DNA of 61,570 nt, counting the filler, from Candidatus Tectimicrobiota bacterium (GTDB lineage: Bacteria; JACPSX01): NCBI GenBank assembly GCA_016193065.1. It is 6 parts of 6 records of this genome, joined end to end, with 100 filler letters (N's around TTAATTAATTAA, not from the genome) between each part and the next. Parts side by side here need not be neighbours in the genome. Positions count along the whole stretch, not along the records: positions 1 to 17,287 come from JACPSX010000269.1; 5 more parts are not named here. One strand, given 5' to 3'. This document shows positions 1-9,380 of the stretch, piece by piece. A program made the position numbers and the translations under genes. Within the stretch, counting starts at the first letter, position 1; every line of letters starts with the position of its first letter. The notes under the pieces are model-generated. The model was not told the origin of the DNA, ran no database searches, and worked only from the letters and a program-made list of their open reading frames with translations.

Positions 1-547
1 TCCCCGGCAAGAACATGGCCGGAATTTTTTCCTTGTAGAGGCGGTAACTCTGGCCGAACTTCCGCTCCATCCTTCCTTCTTCGTTGCGGGCCAGGAGGTA
101 GTACACGAACAACATCGTGATGTAGGCCACAAGAATGAAGAAGCGAGGCCAGTACAGGAGGAGCCCCAACCCCGCGATCCCGAGTCCCAGGTACTGTGGG
201 TGGCGAACATGCGCGTAGAGCCCCTTGGTTACCACCCCCCGACGGAACAGCTTCGCCGAGTAAACCTGGGCGGCGCAGACAAAAAAGAGCAGCAGTCCCA
301 GGGCAAACAGGATGGGCCCCAGATAGGCAAGCAAGGTCAACAGCCCGTTGTCGCTTGCCGTGATATGGGGGAGAAAGAAAGCGGTGAGCCAGCTTGTCCA
401 GGGACTGGCTTCCAGCCGGTTGAGGACGGGGGCGTAGAGGGAGTAAAAATAGACGGTAAACGGGGTGATCATGATGATCACTTCCAGCCCGATGAGCAGG
501 TAAAACAGGATCACCGCTCCAGGTCCCGCCTTTTTCCAGATACTCAT
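1..547 (-). CDS. Isoprenylcysteine carboxyl methyltransferase/PEMT-family membrane protein (3' end beyond window)
   Basis: Not in ORF track; hand translation from ATG 547 gives MSIWKKAG..., several TM segments, GLYAHVRHPQYLG and EE..M.RKFGQSYRLYKEKIP motifs; GGAGGG RBS. Confidence 0.8.
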   Translation of the reverse strand, partial: MSIWKKAGPGAVILFYLLIGLEVIIMITPFTVYFYSLYAPVLNRLEASPWTSWLTAFFLPHITASDNGLLTLLAYLGPILFALGLLLFFVCAAQVYSAKLFRRGVVTKGLYAHVRHPQYLGLGIAGLGLLLYWPRFFILVAYITMLFVYYLLARNEEGRMERKFGQSYRLYKEKIPAMFLPG

Positions 548-673
548 GACCGTTTCTCCCTCCTCCGACTCCCTTCGGAGAAATTCCTTGGGGGCGGGTG
601 GGGCCAGGCCCGCCCTTCGGTCTGCCACAGTTTTGCTTTCCCTTGAGGCCCCGCGTTCAACATTGCAGACCGA

Positions 674-856
674 TTAGTGTCCGTGCTTGTCGCCGATGTG
701 TGACGGAGACTTCGGAGCCAGGTACTTTTCCGGGTTCTTCAAGAAGGTCTCCTTGCAACCCTTCGCACAAAAGTAGTACGTCTTACTCTGATGCATCGCC
801 GTGGCTGCGGCCTTCTTCTCGTCCACCTCCATCCCGCAGACTGGATCCTTGGCCAT
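674..856 (-). CDS. YHS-domain small metal-binding protein
   Basis: MAKDPVCGM...YYFCAKGC motif; GGAGGTG RBS before ATG 856; His-rich tail. Confidence 0.9.
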   Translation of the reverse strand: MAKDPVCGMEVDEKKAAATAMHQSKTYYFCAKGCKETFLKNPEKYLAPKSPSHIGDKHGH

Positions 857-1127
857 TCTCATCACCTCCTTTCCGCTGATGAATCAACATGCTCCCTGAA
901 CCCTTCCTCTTTTCTTGATCCTCTAAACTTCCACCACTGCAAACTCCAAGGCATACCAGAAGCAACGCTCCAAACAGGGCTGCTGCCGCGAGGCCTCCGA
1001 TCTTCCACCCGAAAAGCGGAACAACAACCAAAGCAATCAGGACCAGGCTGCAGACCCACAGCATGAGGGTCATCCACATGACAGGCCCGCAGAGACCCTT
1101 GCGCCTCAGCGACCCCAAAGAGAACAT
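783..1127 (-). CDS. Hypothetical two-TM membrane protein
   Basis: Two hydrophobic stretches and purine-rich RBS; its 3' end overlaps the YHS gene, so the end is uncertain. Confidence 0.5.
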   Translation of the reverse strand: MFSLGSLRRKGLCGPVMWMTLMLWVCSLVLIALVVVPLFGWKIGGLAAAALFGALLLVCLGVCSGGSLEDQEKRKGSGSMLIHQRKGGDENGQGSSLRDGGGREEGRSHGDASE

Positions 1128-1152
1128 GGAATCCCCCTTCCATGCTGCTTTG

Positions 1153-1368
1153 CTACCCCTGGACCTTCTTCTTGAAGTACGAGGTGATCAGGGGCATGGT
1201 GACGATCATGGAAAGGATAAAGACCCAGATCGCTCCCCCGGTTCGCGCCGCCAGGGGATAGCTGCCCACCAGCCCACTGGCGATGAAAAAGGCCAGGGTC
1301 AATCCCAGGGAAGTCCCCGTGTAGGTGAAAGCGCTCCGCGTGGCGACTCGATCTTCGCTTCTTGCCAT
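1153..1368 (-). CDS. Small hypothetical two-TM membrane protein
   Basis: 71 aa, two TM helices, AAGGAG RBS, directly downstream of copA. Confidence 0.7.
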   Translation of the reverse strand: MARSEDRVATRSAFTYTGTSLGLTLAFFIASGLVGSYPLAARTGGAIWVFILSMIVTMPLITSYFKKKVQG

Positions 1369-1393
1369 GAGAATTTCTCCTTCCCGGCCGGAA

Positions 1394-3958
1394 TCACTTC
1401 ACCGACGGAACCTGAGCGAATTCCCCGAGCAGCGGTTCCGCCTTTTGTTCCCCTCTCTTGATGGACGGGGAAAACCGCTTGAGCAGCAGTGTGTTCAACG
1501 TGACCGTGACGGAACTGACCGCCATGAGAAGGGCCGCCAGCTCGGGGCTCACGACCAGCTTGAAGAACGGATAGAAAAGCCCGGCCCCGATGGGGATACT
1601 GGCCGTGTTGTAGGCAAAGGCCCAAAAGAGGTTCTGCTTGACCTTGCGCATGGTGGCCTTGGCTACTTCCAGGGCTACAACCACATCCCGCAGGTCCTCC
1701 TTGATCAGGATCACATGCCCCGTCTCTTTGGCCACGTCGGTCCCCGAGCCAATGGCCATCCCCACGTCGGATTGGGCCAGGGCCGGCGCATCGTTGATCC
1801 CGTCTCCCACCATGGCGACCTTCTTCCCTTCGGACTGGAGCTTCTTCACCTCGGCTGCCTTATCGTGGGGGAGAACCTCGGCCAGGAGCCGATCGATCCC
1901 TACCTGGCGGGCAATTGCCTGCCCCGTGCGGCGGTTATCTCCCGTGATCATGATGACCTCAAGCCCGAGCTTCTTCAGGAGGCTTACCGCTTCCTTGGAA
2001 TGCTCCTTGACGGTATCCGCCACCGCAATGAGTCCTGCCGCCTTTCCTTCCACAGCCAAAAACATGGCCGTCTTGCCGTCGTCTTCCAGCGCCTCTGCTT
2101 TCCCCAGCAGAGGCTCGATGTGGATCTCCCGCTCGACCATGAGCTTGCGATTTCCCAGGAGGATGCTCTGGTCTCTGTACCGGGCAACGACCCCGTGACC
2201 CGGAATCGCCTCAAAGGAATCCGCATCGGGAACTATCAGGCCATACTCTCGAGCCCCTCCGAAAATGGCCTCCCCCAAAGGGTGCTCCGAATTTTTCTCG
2301 GCGATGGCCGCCAGCTCGAGGACGTCCTCCTGGCGGAACCCGTTCGTTCCAATCACATCCGTCACGGAGGGCTCTCCCCGGGTCAGCGTCCCTGTTTTGT
2401 CGAAGATGATGGCTTGCAGCTTGCTGGTGGCCTCAATTGCATCCGCTCCCTTGAACAGAACCCCGTGCTCGGCCCCTTTTCCCGTTCCTGCCATCATGGC
2501 CGACGGGGTTGCCATTCCTACCGCGCAGGGACAGGAGATGACCAGAACCGTGATGGAGAGGAGAATGCTAAAGCCAAAGACACCGATGGCTCCCAGTTGA
2601 TTGGGAGTTAAAAGGAAGCGCGAGGCCGGATCAAAAAAGAGCCCGTAGCCCGCAAAAAACCAAAACAGGAACACGGTGAGGGCCAGGATGTGAACCCCCA
2701 GGATAAAATGTCCGGCGACCCAATCGGCCAGTTTCTGTATGGGGGCCTTGCTGGCCTGCGCGTCCTCCACCAGCCGGATGATCTGAGCCAGAGCCGTCTC
2801 CTTCCCCACCTTGGTCGCCCGGAATTTGAAGGCCCCGGTTTTATTCATGGTGCCGCCGATCACTTCATCTCCACTCTTCTTCTCGACGGGAAGACTCTCC
2901 CCCGTCAGCATTGATTCGTCCACAGCCGAGTAGCCCTCGATCACCAGGCCGTCCACAGGGATCCTCTCTCCCGGCCGGACCAGGACGATGTCCTCGGCCA
3001 CCACTTCGTCGGCAGGAAGTTCGATTTCCTGCCCGCCCCGGATCACCCGGGCCACCTTGGGCTGCAGGGCCATCAGACGGCGGATTGCCTCGGAGGTGCG
3101 GCCCCGAGTAAGCGCTTCCAGCCAGCGCCCCAGTATAATGAAAGCCGTAAGCAGAGCCGCCGATTCAAAAAAGACTGCCTTCTCCCCGCCAAAACCCGCA
3201 TCGGGCCAGAAGGTGTTGACCACTCCGATCAGATAAGCCGCCCCGATTCCTGTAGCGTAGAGCAGGTTCATGTCCGTGACCCCGCGCCTGAGCCCGTTGA
3301 AGCTGTTCTTGAAGAACTGCAGGGCGGGACCCAGGATCACCGGAGTAGTCAGGAGAAATAGGACAAGGCGATCGGCCAGAAACTCGGGCACGAAGCGCGG
3401 GAAGATCCAGTATTCCCGAAAAGTCCCCAGCATGATCACGAAAGAAAGAGGCCAGGCGACCAGCATCCAGTTCCCCTGCTTGCGGATCTCCCTCTGGCGC
3501 GCTTCCCGCTCGCGGTCCATGAGGGCAGCCCCTTCCAGCTTTTCGGAAGCTTCGTAGCCCAGGCCCTTGATGGTTTCCTTCATTTCGGCCAGGGAGGTCA
3601 GATCGGAGAAGTACTGGACCTTGGCAAGACCGGCGGCAAAGTTGACCAGTGCTTTACTGACACCGGGGAAACTCTTAAGAGCCCCCTCGATGGTCTCCGC
3701 ACAGGAGACACAGCTCATGCCGCTAACATTTAAAGAGACTTCCTCGGGGACCACCTCGTAGCCCACACCCGCAACGCTGCCGGCAATCTCCTGGATCCCA
3801 ACCCGACTGGGATCGTAGGCCACCTGTAATTTCCCGGCGGCGAGGTTCACGCTCGCCTTTGAAACTCCGGGAGTGTTCCCGACGGCTCCCTCAATGGTTG
3901 CCACGCAGGACGCGCAGCTCATTCCCTCGACTCGCAAGGTCACGCTCTTCGTCGCCAT
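1394..3958 (-). CDS. copA: Cu(I)-translocating P1B-type ATPase
   Basis: Two GMSCxxC metal-binding domains, [24 protein letters not shown] and MxxSS motifs; GGAGG RBS before ATG 3958. Confidence 0.95.
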   Translation of the reverse strand: MATKSVTLRVEGMSCASCVATIEGAVGNTPGVSKASVNLAAGKLQVAYDPSRVGIQEIAGSVAGVGYEVVPEEVSLNVSGMSCVSCAETIEGALKSFPGVSKALVNFAAGLAKVQYFSDLTSLAEMKETIKGLGYEASEKLEGAALMDREREARQREIRKQGNWMLVAWPLSFVIMLGTFREYWIFPRFVPEFLADRLVLFLLTTPVILGPALQFFKNSFNGLRRGVTDMNLLYATGIGAAYLIGVVNTFWPDAGFGGEKAVFFESAALLTAFIILGRWLEALTRGRTSEAIRRLMALQPKVARVIRGGQEIELPADEVVAEDIVLVRPGERIPVDGLVIEGYSAVDESMLTGESLPVEKKSGDEVIGGTMNKTGAFKFRATKVGKETALAQIIRLVEDAQASKAPIQKLADWVAGHFILGVHILALTVFLFWFFAGYGLFFDPASRFLLTPNQLGAIGVFGFSILLSITVLVISCPCAVGMATPSAMMAGTGKGAEHGVLFKGADAIEATSKLQAIIFDKTGTLTRGEPSVTDVIGTNGFRQEDVLELAAIAEKNSEHPLGEAIFGGAREYGLIVPDADSFEAIPGHGVVARYRDQSILLGNRKLMVEREIHIEPLLGKAEALEDDGKTAMFLAVEGKAAGLIAVADTVKEHSKEAVSLLKKLGLEVIMITGDNRRTGQAIARQVGIDRLLAEVLPHDKAAEVKKLQSEGKKVAMVGDGINDAPALAQSDVGMAIGSGTDVAKETGHVILIKEDLRDVVVALEVAKATMRKVKQNLFWAFAYNTASIPIGAGLFYPFFKLVVSPELAALLMAVSSVTVTLNTLLLKRFSPSIKRGEQKAEPLLGEFAQVPSVK

Positions 3959-3993
3959 ATTCATCCTCCGTATGACGAATGCAACCACTCCAC

Positions 3994-4028
3994 CCCCTCT
4001 CCCTTGAGGGAGAGGGCAAGGGTGAGGG
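3994..4028. repeat. REP-like palindromic repeat
   Basis: Hairpin CCCTCTCCC-TTGA-GGGAGAGGG with GGGTGAGGG tail; related copies at 9321, 9832, 29497. Confidence 0.65.
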
Positions 4029-4032
4029 TGGT

Positions 4033-4578
4033 TCACGCCCTGTCAGGCCCTGCGGGCTGCAGATCTTCCTCGTCGCAATGGTCCACAGGTGCCCCTCCGG
4101 GAACCTCTCTCCCGGGCTCGCTGGAGGCGGTGGTCATCAGCTTCTCGCACTTCTCCCGCTGCTCCGGCGTCAGGAGGGCTTGCGCCTGCAGGATGCCCCG
4201 GATCCGCTGGATCTGCAGGTCCGCTCGCCTTCTCTCCGCTTGCCGAATTTTTGCCTCAATGGTGGCAAGGTCTGCGGAGCCACCTTCTACCAAAGCCATG
4301 ATCTCATCCTGCTGTTGAATCATCTCCTGCTGGGCCTGGCGGGCAGCTCCCTCGAAATCTGCGCGCAACTTCTCAAGCTCGCTTACCTGAGTTTCCGTAA
4401 GCCCCAGACGATCCTTGAACTGGATCATCCAGGTGATCGGCTGGCCCGAGAAAATGGCCCTATGAGAAATCCCACCCGATCCTTTGCTACCACCAGCCTC
4501 CTGGGAAAACCCGTAAGCCCCAACCCCCATGACTCCCAGCAACAGGACAGCCAGCAACCCAATCTTGATCCTCCCCAT
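4033..4578 (-). CDS. Periplasmic Spy/CpxP/ZraP-like protein
   Basis: Signal peptide, LGLTETQ and LTPEQR motifs, helical coiled-coil; AAGGAG RBS before ATG 4578. Confidence 0.8.
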   Translation of the reverse strand: MGRIKIGLLAVLLLGVMGVGAYGFSQEAGGSKGSGGISHRAIFSGQPITWMIQFKDRLGLTETQVSELEKLRADFEGAARQAQQEMIQQQDEIMALVEGGSADLATIEAKIRQAERRRADLQIQRIRGILQAQALLTPEQREKCEKLMTTASSEPGREVPGGAPVDHCDEEDLQPAGPDRA

Positions 4579-4645
4579 GTCTTTTTCTCCTTCTTTCTTC
4601 ATGATTCCTCGCTAGCGGGCCCCGACCTGACTCGCTTGACAGGCC

Positions 4646-4909
4646 CTAAGCCTTGCTCTCCCGAACCTGAAACAGGTTATAGAGAGGGACCAAAACAAAG
4701 GCGGTGTAGATTCCGTACAGGAAGGTCACCACCAGGCCCAGGAAAAAGCTCCCCCATGTCAAGCTCTGATATCCCGGGATCAAGAATCTCCACAGCCCTT
4801 CCATGGACAGGGACGGGAAGAGAAGATCCCAGAGGCTGCAGAGAACGAAAGTAACGGCAAAAAAGGCGCTCAGTGCATGGGCGACCTGCCTGAATTTGAG
4901 CCGGTTCAT
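4646..4909 (-). CDS. Small membrane protein, DUF5676-like
   Basis: Two TM segments, ends PLYN; family recalled from heavy-metal clusters. Confidence 0.6.
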   Translation of the reverse strand: MNRLKFRQVAHALSAFFAVTFVLCSLWDLLFPSLSMEGLWRFLIPGYQSLTWGSFFLGLVVTFLYGIYTAFVLVPLYNLFQVRESKA

Positions 4910-4939
4910 CGTCACTTCCTCCCTAACGTCGCGGGGATC

Positions 4940-5321
4940 TCAGAAGGCCCTCTGGGTCCAGCCGGTCTGTTTGTTGATCTGGACTTTTTCCACCAGGGAA
5001 TTGTCCCTGGTCACGATCTCCACTTCAAAGATCCCGTCCTTCTCGGTCACGTTCCCGATCTTCAGATTCGGGTTGCCGTACCCGTTTAGCTGGTTCTGAA
5101 CCAGGGCTGTGGCCTGCTCCTTGGTCAAAGGCTGCCCGGTAGCCGGGGAGCCCCAGTAGCTCCCCATCATGCCTCCCCCCCATCATTCCCCCCCCCCTCA
5201 TGCTGTGCCCCATCCCGTAACCCGGGCCATCTCCTCTGCCGTAACCGAAACCCTGGGCATAGGCCAGGGTGCCTGCTGCCAGGACAGCCGCCGCGGCCAC
5301 TGCGATGATCCCTTTCTTCAT
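4940..5321 (-). pseudogene. Exported Gly/Met-rich PepSY-like protein, frameshifted in a G tract
   Basis: Signal peptide and GYGMG repeats (ORF from 5321) join the ...EVEIVTRDNSLVEKVQINKQTG frame (4940-5170) if one G is removed from the run at 5175-5181. Confidence 0.75.
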
Positions 5322-5447
5322 CTTTCTTCCTCCTTGTTTTCCGCCCCATCTCGTGCAGGAGGCTGGTTCCTCCCCTCCATGAGTTTCTCACTCTGCACGG
5401 GAGTATCTCCTGAACCTCAAACCCTACCCCCCTAGGCTATTTGATTT

Positions 5448-5463
5448 TGCAAGCCCTGTGCCA
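5448..5463 (-). promoter_or_regulatory. Sigma-54 (-24/-12) promoter of the copper operon
   Basis: Minus strand TGGCAC-AGGGC-TTGCA, matches TGGCAC-N5-TTGCW. Confidence 0.85.
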
Positions 5464-5554
5464 CGAGACTCCATGACTGTGTCCTTGTAACCATTTAAAA
5501 ACACGCGTCTTTAGGGGCAAGTGGAAGGGAACCCCCAGAGGCCCAGGTGAGAAA

Positions 5555-5608
5555 TGACATTTTGGCGAAAAAGACCGCTTGCCGGCCTTCCCAGGGGACT
5601 TTTCGTCA
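5555..5608. promoter_or_regulatory. Paired candidate enhancer (bEBP) sites
   Basis: TGACATTTTGGCG (5555) and GGACTTTTCGTCA (5596), 41 bp apart; same layout at 12948-13001. Confidence 0.65.
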
Positions 5609-5645
5609 CACGAGGGAAGAACGGCACCGGACCCAGAAGAAATCC

Positions 5646-5674
5646 TTGATCCTCTGTAATCTATAGACTACAAT
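5646..5674 (+). promoter_or_regulatory. Sigma-70-type promoter for the PIN/UPF0175 pair
   Basis: TTGATC-N17-TACAAT just upstream of ATG 5694. Confidence 0.5.
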
Positions 5675-5693
5675 ATGCTACAGGGGGTTTTTA

Positions 5694-6152
5694 ATGGATG
5701 CGGATTGTTTGATTAAACTGACCAAAGCCGGGCTCAAGGAATCCATTGGCAAACATGTCGCGATCGTGATTCCGGAAATGGTCCAGAGAGAGGTTGTCGA
5801 GGCCGGTAAAGACAAAGGATACCCTGACGCTGCCCTGGTAGAGAGAAATATCGCTGCAGGGCTGATACAGATCACTGGGAAATCCTCCTCTCACCGCAGC
5901 GGGGATGACGCCCTTGTAACTGTTTTTCAAGGAGAAGAGTACGATGCTGTGGCAACTGATGACAGGAAACTGACCCGTATCCTGAAAGCAGCGAACGTCC
6001 CTTTCATCTTGCCCGGCTTGATTCTTTACTCTCTCAAACAACAGGGACTGATGAATCAAGAAACCGCTTTGAGAAGTCTGGATCAATTGGCTCCTTTCAT
6101 CAGCAATGATGAATACAGCACTGTGAGATTATTGCTGGAGGGAAGATCATGA
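5694..6152 (+). CDS. PIN-domain protein (putative toxin)
   Basis: N-terminal DAD, V..EVV, GD and ATDD acidic motifs typical of PIN folds. Confidence 0.7.
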   Translation: MDADCLIKLTKAGLKESIGKHVAIVIPEMVQREVVEAGKDKGYPDAALVERNIAAGLIQITGKSSSHRSGDDALVTVFQGEEYDAVATDDRKLTRILKAANVPFILPGLILYSLKQQGLMNQETALRSLDQLAPFISNDEYSTVRLLLEGRS

Positions 6153-6433
6153 ATGTAAAATCCCTAAGAATTCCCGAAGACATCGAAAAGGCCATTGAAT
6201 ACGTGGCGAAGGTTGAGAAGATCGAAAAAAGTCAATCCCTGCGAAAACTCACGCGCATCGGGTTCGAGTGCTACGTGGCGAAATCCTACGAGGCCGGAAA
6301 GCTGACTCTCTGGGAAGCAGGGAAACTTTTGAAACTGCCCCTTTCGGGAACTCTCGACCTCCTGGCGGAAATGGGGGTCAAGGGGAACATCCGGTCCAGC
6401 GAAGTCTTGGAAAGCCTGAGAACGATCCCGTGA
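6149..6433 (+). CDS. UPF0175-like putative antitoxin
   Basis: RHH-like N-terminus and YEAGKLTLWEAGKLL motif; ATGA overlap with PIN gene. Confidence 0.7.
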   Translation: MNVKSLRIPEDIEKAIEYVAKVEKIEKSQSLRKLTRIGFECYVAKSYEAGKLTLWEAGKLLKLPLSGTLDLLAEMGVKGNIRSSEVLESLRTIP

Positions 6434-6490
6434 GTACCGGCTGCAACCTTTGTTCAGGATCTACTTGCTATAGCCGGTGAAAAACGCGGT

Positions 6491-6958
6491 CTAGTCAGTC
6501 TGCTCCGCGAGATAGTTCTGAAGCCCCATTTGCTTGATCTGGTCATGCTGGGCTTCGATCCAGTCGATATGATTCTCTTCGTCCTTGAGAATCGACTCGA
6601 ACAGATCCCTGGTACCGTTGTCACCCACCTCGACAGCCAAACGGATCGCCTCGTTGTACTCCCGGACCGCGGAATCCTCGCTGGCCCAATCGTTTGCGTG
6701 TTGCGCTTCCACCGCCGCGCCGATCTTCACCTCTTTCAGAACACCGACAACGGGAGAACCCTCGAGGAACAGGATGCGCTCAATCAGCCTCTCCGCGTGC
6801 TTCATCTCGTCGATCGCCCGCTTCTTGATTCCATTCTTCAGCCGCTCATACCCCCAGTTGTCGCACATCTCGGCGTGAACGATGTATTGATGAATCATGG
6901 TCAACTCCGAGGACAGGATATCGTTCAGCTTCGCTATGATCTTTTCGTTGCCCTTCAT
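6491..6958 (-). CDS. bfr: Bacterioferritin
   Basis: MKGNEKII start, ferroxidase DEMKHA and EENH motifs, GLQNYL C-terminus. Confidence 0.93.
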   Translation of the reverse strand: MKGNEKIIAKLNDILSSELTMIHQYIVHAEMCDNWGYERLKNGIKKRAIDEMKHAERLIERILFLEGSPVVGVLKEVKIGAAVEAQHANDWASEDSAVREYNEAIRLAVEVGDNGTRDLFESILKDEENHIDWIEAQHDQIKQMGLQNYLAEQTD

Positions 6959-6987
6959 GAGTTCATCTCCTCGAAAACAAGTTTCCT

Positions 6988-7086
6988 CTACGACACAACC
7001 GCCGCGTGGTCGAACGCAGTCCAGTTGACCGGCAGCACATCGAACCGGATGTCCTCCATCACCTCTTGCAGTAAAACGCACGCCAT
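6988..7086 (-). pseudogene. Stub resembling a type III restriction (Res) subunit N-terminus
   Basis: MACVLLQEVMEDIRFDVLPVNWTAFD then early stop; similarity recalled, not searched. Confidence 0.4.
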
Positions 7087-7090
7087 CTTG

Positions 7091-7348
7091 TCACTCAGCT
7101 TCCATCGTCAGTATGTCTTCGATTTTCTGAAGAAAACGTGGAAGCTCCTCTCTGGCGATCGTCCACACAATCTCATAATTGATGCCAAAGTAGTGATGAA
7201 TCATTTTGTCCCTCACGCCTGCCAGGTCTTTCCAAGGAATTTGGGAATACCTCTTCCTCAAACGGCTGGAGAGATTCTTCGCCGCCGCAATGCGCTGTAT
7301 CGCCTCCTGGATATCGCTGAGGAAGTCCTGATCTCTTCGCTTAGACAT
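7091..7348 (-). CDS. hepT: HepT/DUF86 HEPN RNase toxin with internal in-frame deletion
   Basis: IPW and RDKMIHHY (RX4HXY) present; only 85 aa, the DAVIRNLEIIGE-type segment is absent. Confidence 0.8.
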   Translation of the reverse strand: MSKRRDQDFLSDIQEAIQRIAAAKNLSSRLRKRYSQIPWKDLAGVRDKMIHHYFGINYEIVWTIAREELPRFLQKIEDILTMEAE

Positions 7349-7664
7349 ACCTCAACGTCCTTTGGATGTCGCCAGCAATGCGTTTGTATCGAGGGTTTTC
7401 CAGACTCCGATGCAGAGTATCAAAGGTCGCCAGGTCCACCTTTCTGCCTAATGTCTCTTCAAGATAGTAAGCCAATCCGACAAACTCCAGCCCAAGTGGT
7501 TTTACAAGCTGGACTAGGATGTCAACGTCGCTTTTCGTTGTGGGGGAGCCTTTCGCAAACGAGCCGTAGAGGGCTATTCTTTCCACGCCATACTTGTCCC
7601 GCAAATATGGCAGTTCTTTCCTCAAGATTTGCATGACTTGTTCTTTGGTCAGTGACTTTTTCAT
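7341..7664 (-). CDS. mntA: MntA-type minimal nucleotidyltransferase antitoxin
   Basis: GSFAKG...SDVD (GSX10DXD) and GRKVDL motifs; overlaps hepT start. Confidence 0.88.
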   Translation of the reverse strand: MKKSLTKEQVMQILRKELPYLRDKYGVERIALYGSFAKGSPTTKSDVDILVQLVKPLGLEFVGLAYYLEETLGRKVDLATFDTLHRSLENPRYKRIAGDIQRTLRYV

Positions 7665-7674
7665 AGTCTCACTG

Positions 7675-7889
7675 TCACCACCAGATCAGCGGTTTGACCC
7701 GCTTCCAGTCCAGGTTCTTGTTGTCCACCACCTCGCCGCCCTCGAATTCCACCGAGCTTGCCCTGAGAGCATTCGAAGGGTCGGCGCTAATGCGCTTGAT
7801 CCACTTGCCCGTCAGGTTGGTCAGCGTCTCGCCAATATCAATGCCGTCGGACAGTCTCCTCAAGTCCACCTGGACCGTGTTTTTCTTGG
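7675..7889 (-). pseudogene. 3' remnant resembling a type III DNA methyltransferase (Mod) C-terminus
   Basis: IDIGETLTNLTGKWIKRI...VEFEGG...KPLIWW*; cut off at the element starting 7890; similarity recalled, not searched. Confidence 0.45.
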
Positions 7890-8245
7890 TGTCACAAGCC
7901 TATTCTTATAATATTGTCCATCACTGCCGTCCAAATTAGCCGAAAACCCGGCTCTTGGACAAGCTAACATGCTGATTTACAAGGGCACCGGTGCTCCGTC
8001 CAAAGTCAGGCCCCCAGGACTCGCAGAATGCTGTCCAAATTGCGGGGGGCACCCCTGGGTCCGACCGAATCGTCCCGAATGGGCCAGAAAGCCCGTCTGC
8101 GGCCCTTCTGGGAGCATTGAGCAGGGCACTGTGCCGCCTGCGGTGTGTCGTATGCTGTCCAAGATATGACTTGGCGAACCCTAATTTGGACAAGAGTGAT
8201 TGTCCATCACTTGTAAAGAATACGTTGAAGGTCAGGGCTGTGACA
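7890..8245. mobile_element. Non-autonomous element or transposon-end relic with TGTCACA termini
   Basis: TGTCACAAGCC...GGCTGTGACA ends, repeated GTCCAA/TTGGAC motifs inside; no transposase or TSD. Confidence 0.45.
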
Positions 8246-8406
8246 AACACAGCACGCATTTCGGCCTGATCGGTCTCACTGTGGGCAGGGAGTTTGCCGC
8301 AGCCCGAAGTCATCGCGGGCCAGGAATCCATCTGCAGCCGGGATTGAGAATGTGGGCGTAGAGGGTACAGCCCGGCGAGATCCTGAAGAACGAGATAAAG
8401 GCCGAT

Positions 8407-9297
8407 CTACCTCAGCGGTTTGCCGCACTGGCCGCAGAAGCGGTCACCGGCGTCCAGTGGAGATCCGCAGCGGGTGCAGAAGCGGGCAGTCCGATCCGCT
8501 TTCTTGGCTTCTCCGGTCGCAGCCGTTGGGGTCCCTGGGGTCTGCGCACTCTGGCGCCTTCTGCGGCTCATAGTGGCAAATCCGCCAATGGCGATTACCG
8601 CAATTGTAGTCCCCACGGCCAGGTAAACATACGGGGATTTGCGTACTTCCTTCACCGGCACCTTTTCGCCGCCGACCTCTTTCTTGACGGAAGGTTTGCG
8701 GTCGCTCTTCGTGTAGGCGATCTTCAGGGACACATCCTTTCCGGGAGCGAGGTTCTCGAAGCCCAGGTGGGCGTAGTTGAACCCCTGCTGGTCCCCAAAA
8801 ACATTTGCCGGTTTGGGCTCCACCTGAAAATTCTCGGAGCGCAACGGTTGCTGCACATCCACGGCCAGCCTCTCCACGGGATAGGCAAGCTTCAGGAAGG
8901 GTACAATTTCCCGCCGCGTGTCACCCTTTACCCCGTCAAAGTAGTACTCCATCCGGAAGCGGGGCTCGGGCAGGTTGTATTTGACTTTCTTGACTCCCTT
9001 CTCTTCCGCAATCTCCCAGGTCTGGCAGAGATGTTCTTCTTTTTCCGTCATCGCGCAGGCTTCCGTCACCTCGGCCCCCGGAGGAAGGTAAAACACGACG
9101 GAGGAAGGCTTCCCCGTGTTTTGGGAAAAGACTCCCTCATACATCACCAGGACCCTGGGGTCGTCGTACTCGGGCCAGACGGAAATCTTGAGTTCTGAAA
9201 TCTTGTAAGCCGGAGATCCCTGCGCGTTGTCCCCCAGCAGGCCGATGAAGAGGAAAACACCCAGCAGGAACGCCGTCGCGGCAACTCTCTCCTTCAT
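8407..9297 (-). CDS. Exported/membrane protein with C-terminal double zinc ribbon
   Basis: Signal peptide, WPEYDDPRVLV domain, TM helix, CTRC...CGQC; AAAGGAG RBS before ATG 9297. Confidence 0.8.
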   Translation of the reverse strand: MKERVAATAFLLGVFLFIGLLGDNAQGSPAYKISELKISVWPEYDDPRVLVMYEGVFSQNTGKPSSVVFYLPPGAEVTEACAMTEKEEHLCQTWEIAEEKGVKKVKYNLPEPRFRMEYYFDGVKGDTRREIVPFLKLAYPVERLAVDVQQPLRSENFQVEPKPANVFGDQQGFNYAHLGFENLAPGKDVSLKIAYTKSDRKPSVKKEVGGEKVPVKEVRKSPYVYLAVGTTIAVIAIGGFATMSRRRRQSAQTPGTPTAATGEAKKADRTARFCTRCGSPLDAGDRFCGQCGKPLR

Positions 9298-9320
9298 GCT
9301 CTCATCTCCTTTGACAACGC

Positions 9321-9380
9321 CCCTCACCCTCCCCTCTCCCCGGGTACCCCGGGTGCCCTTTGGGCGTTGCGGCGAGGGGG
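9321..9380. repeat. REP-like palindrome with GGGTACCC/GGGTGCCC insert in loop
   Basis: CCCTCACCCTCCCCTCTCCCC-[GGGTACCCCGGGTGCCC...]-GGCGAGGGGG. Confidence 0.6.

Noticed and set aside
1325-2611. Long antisense ORFs (also 10174-11988, 22858-24435, 31953-33632, 46449-48101)
   Set aside because: Shadows of well-supported genes in GC-rich DNA, with no motifs.
7906-7915. TTATAATATT resembling a Tn3 res crossover core
   Set aside because: Inverted half-sites are not at the expected spacing and no resolvase is nearby.
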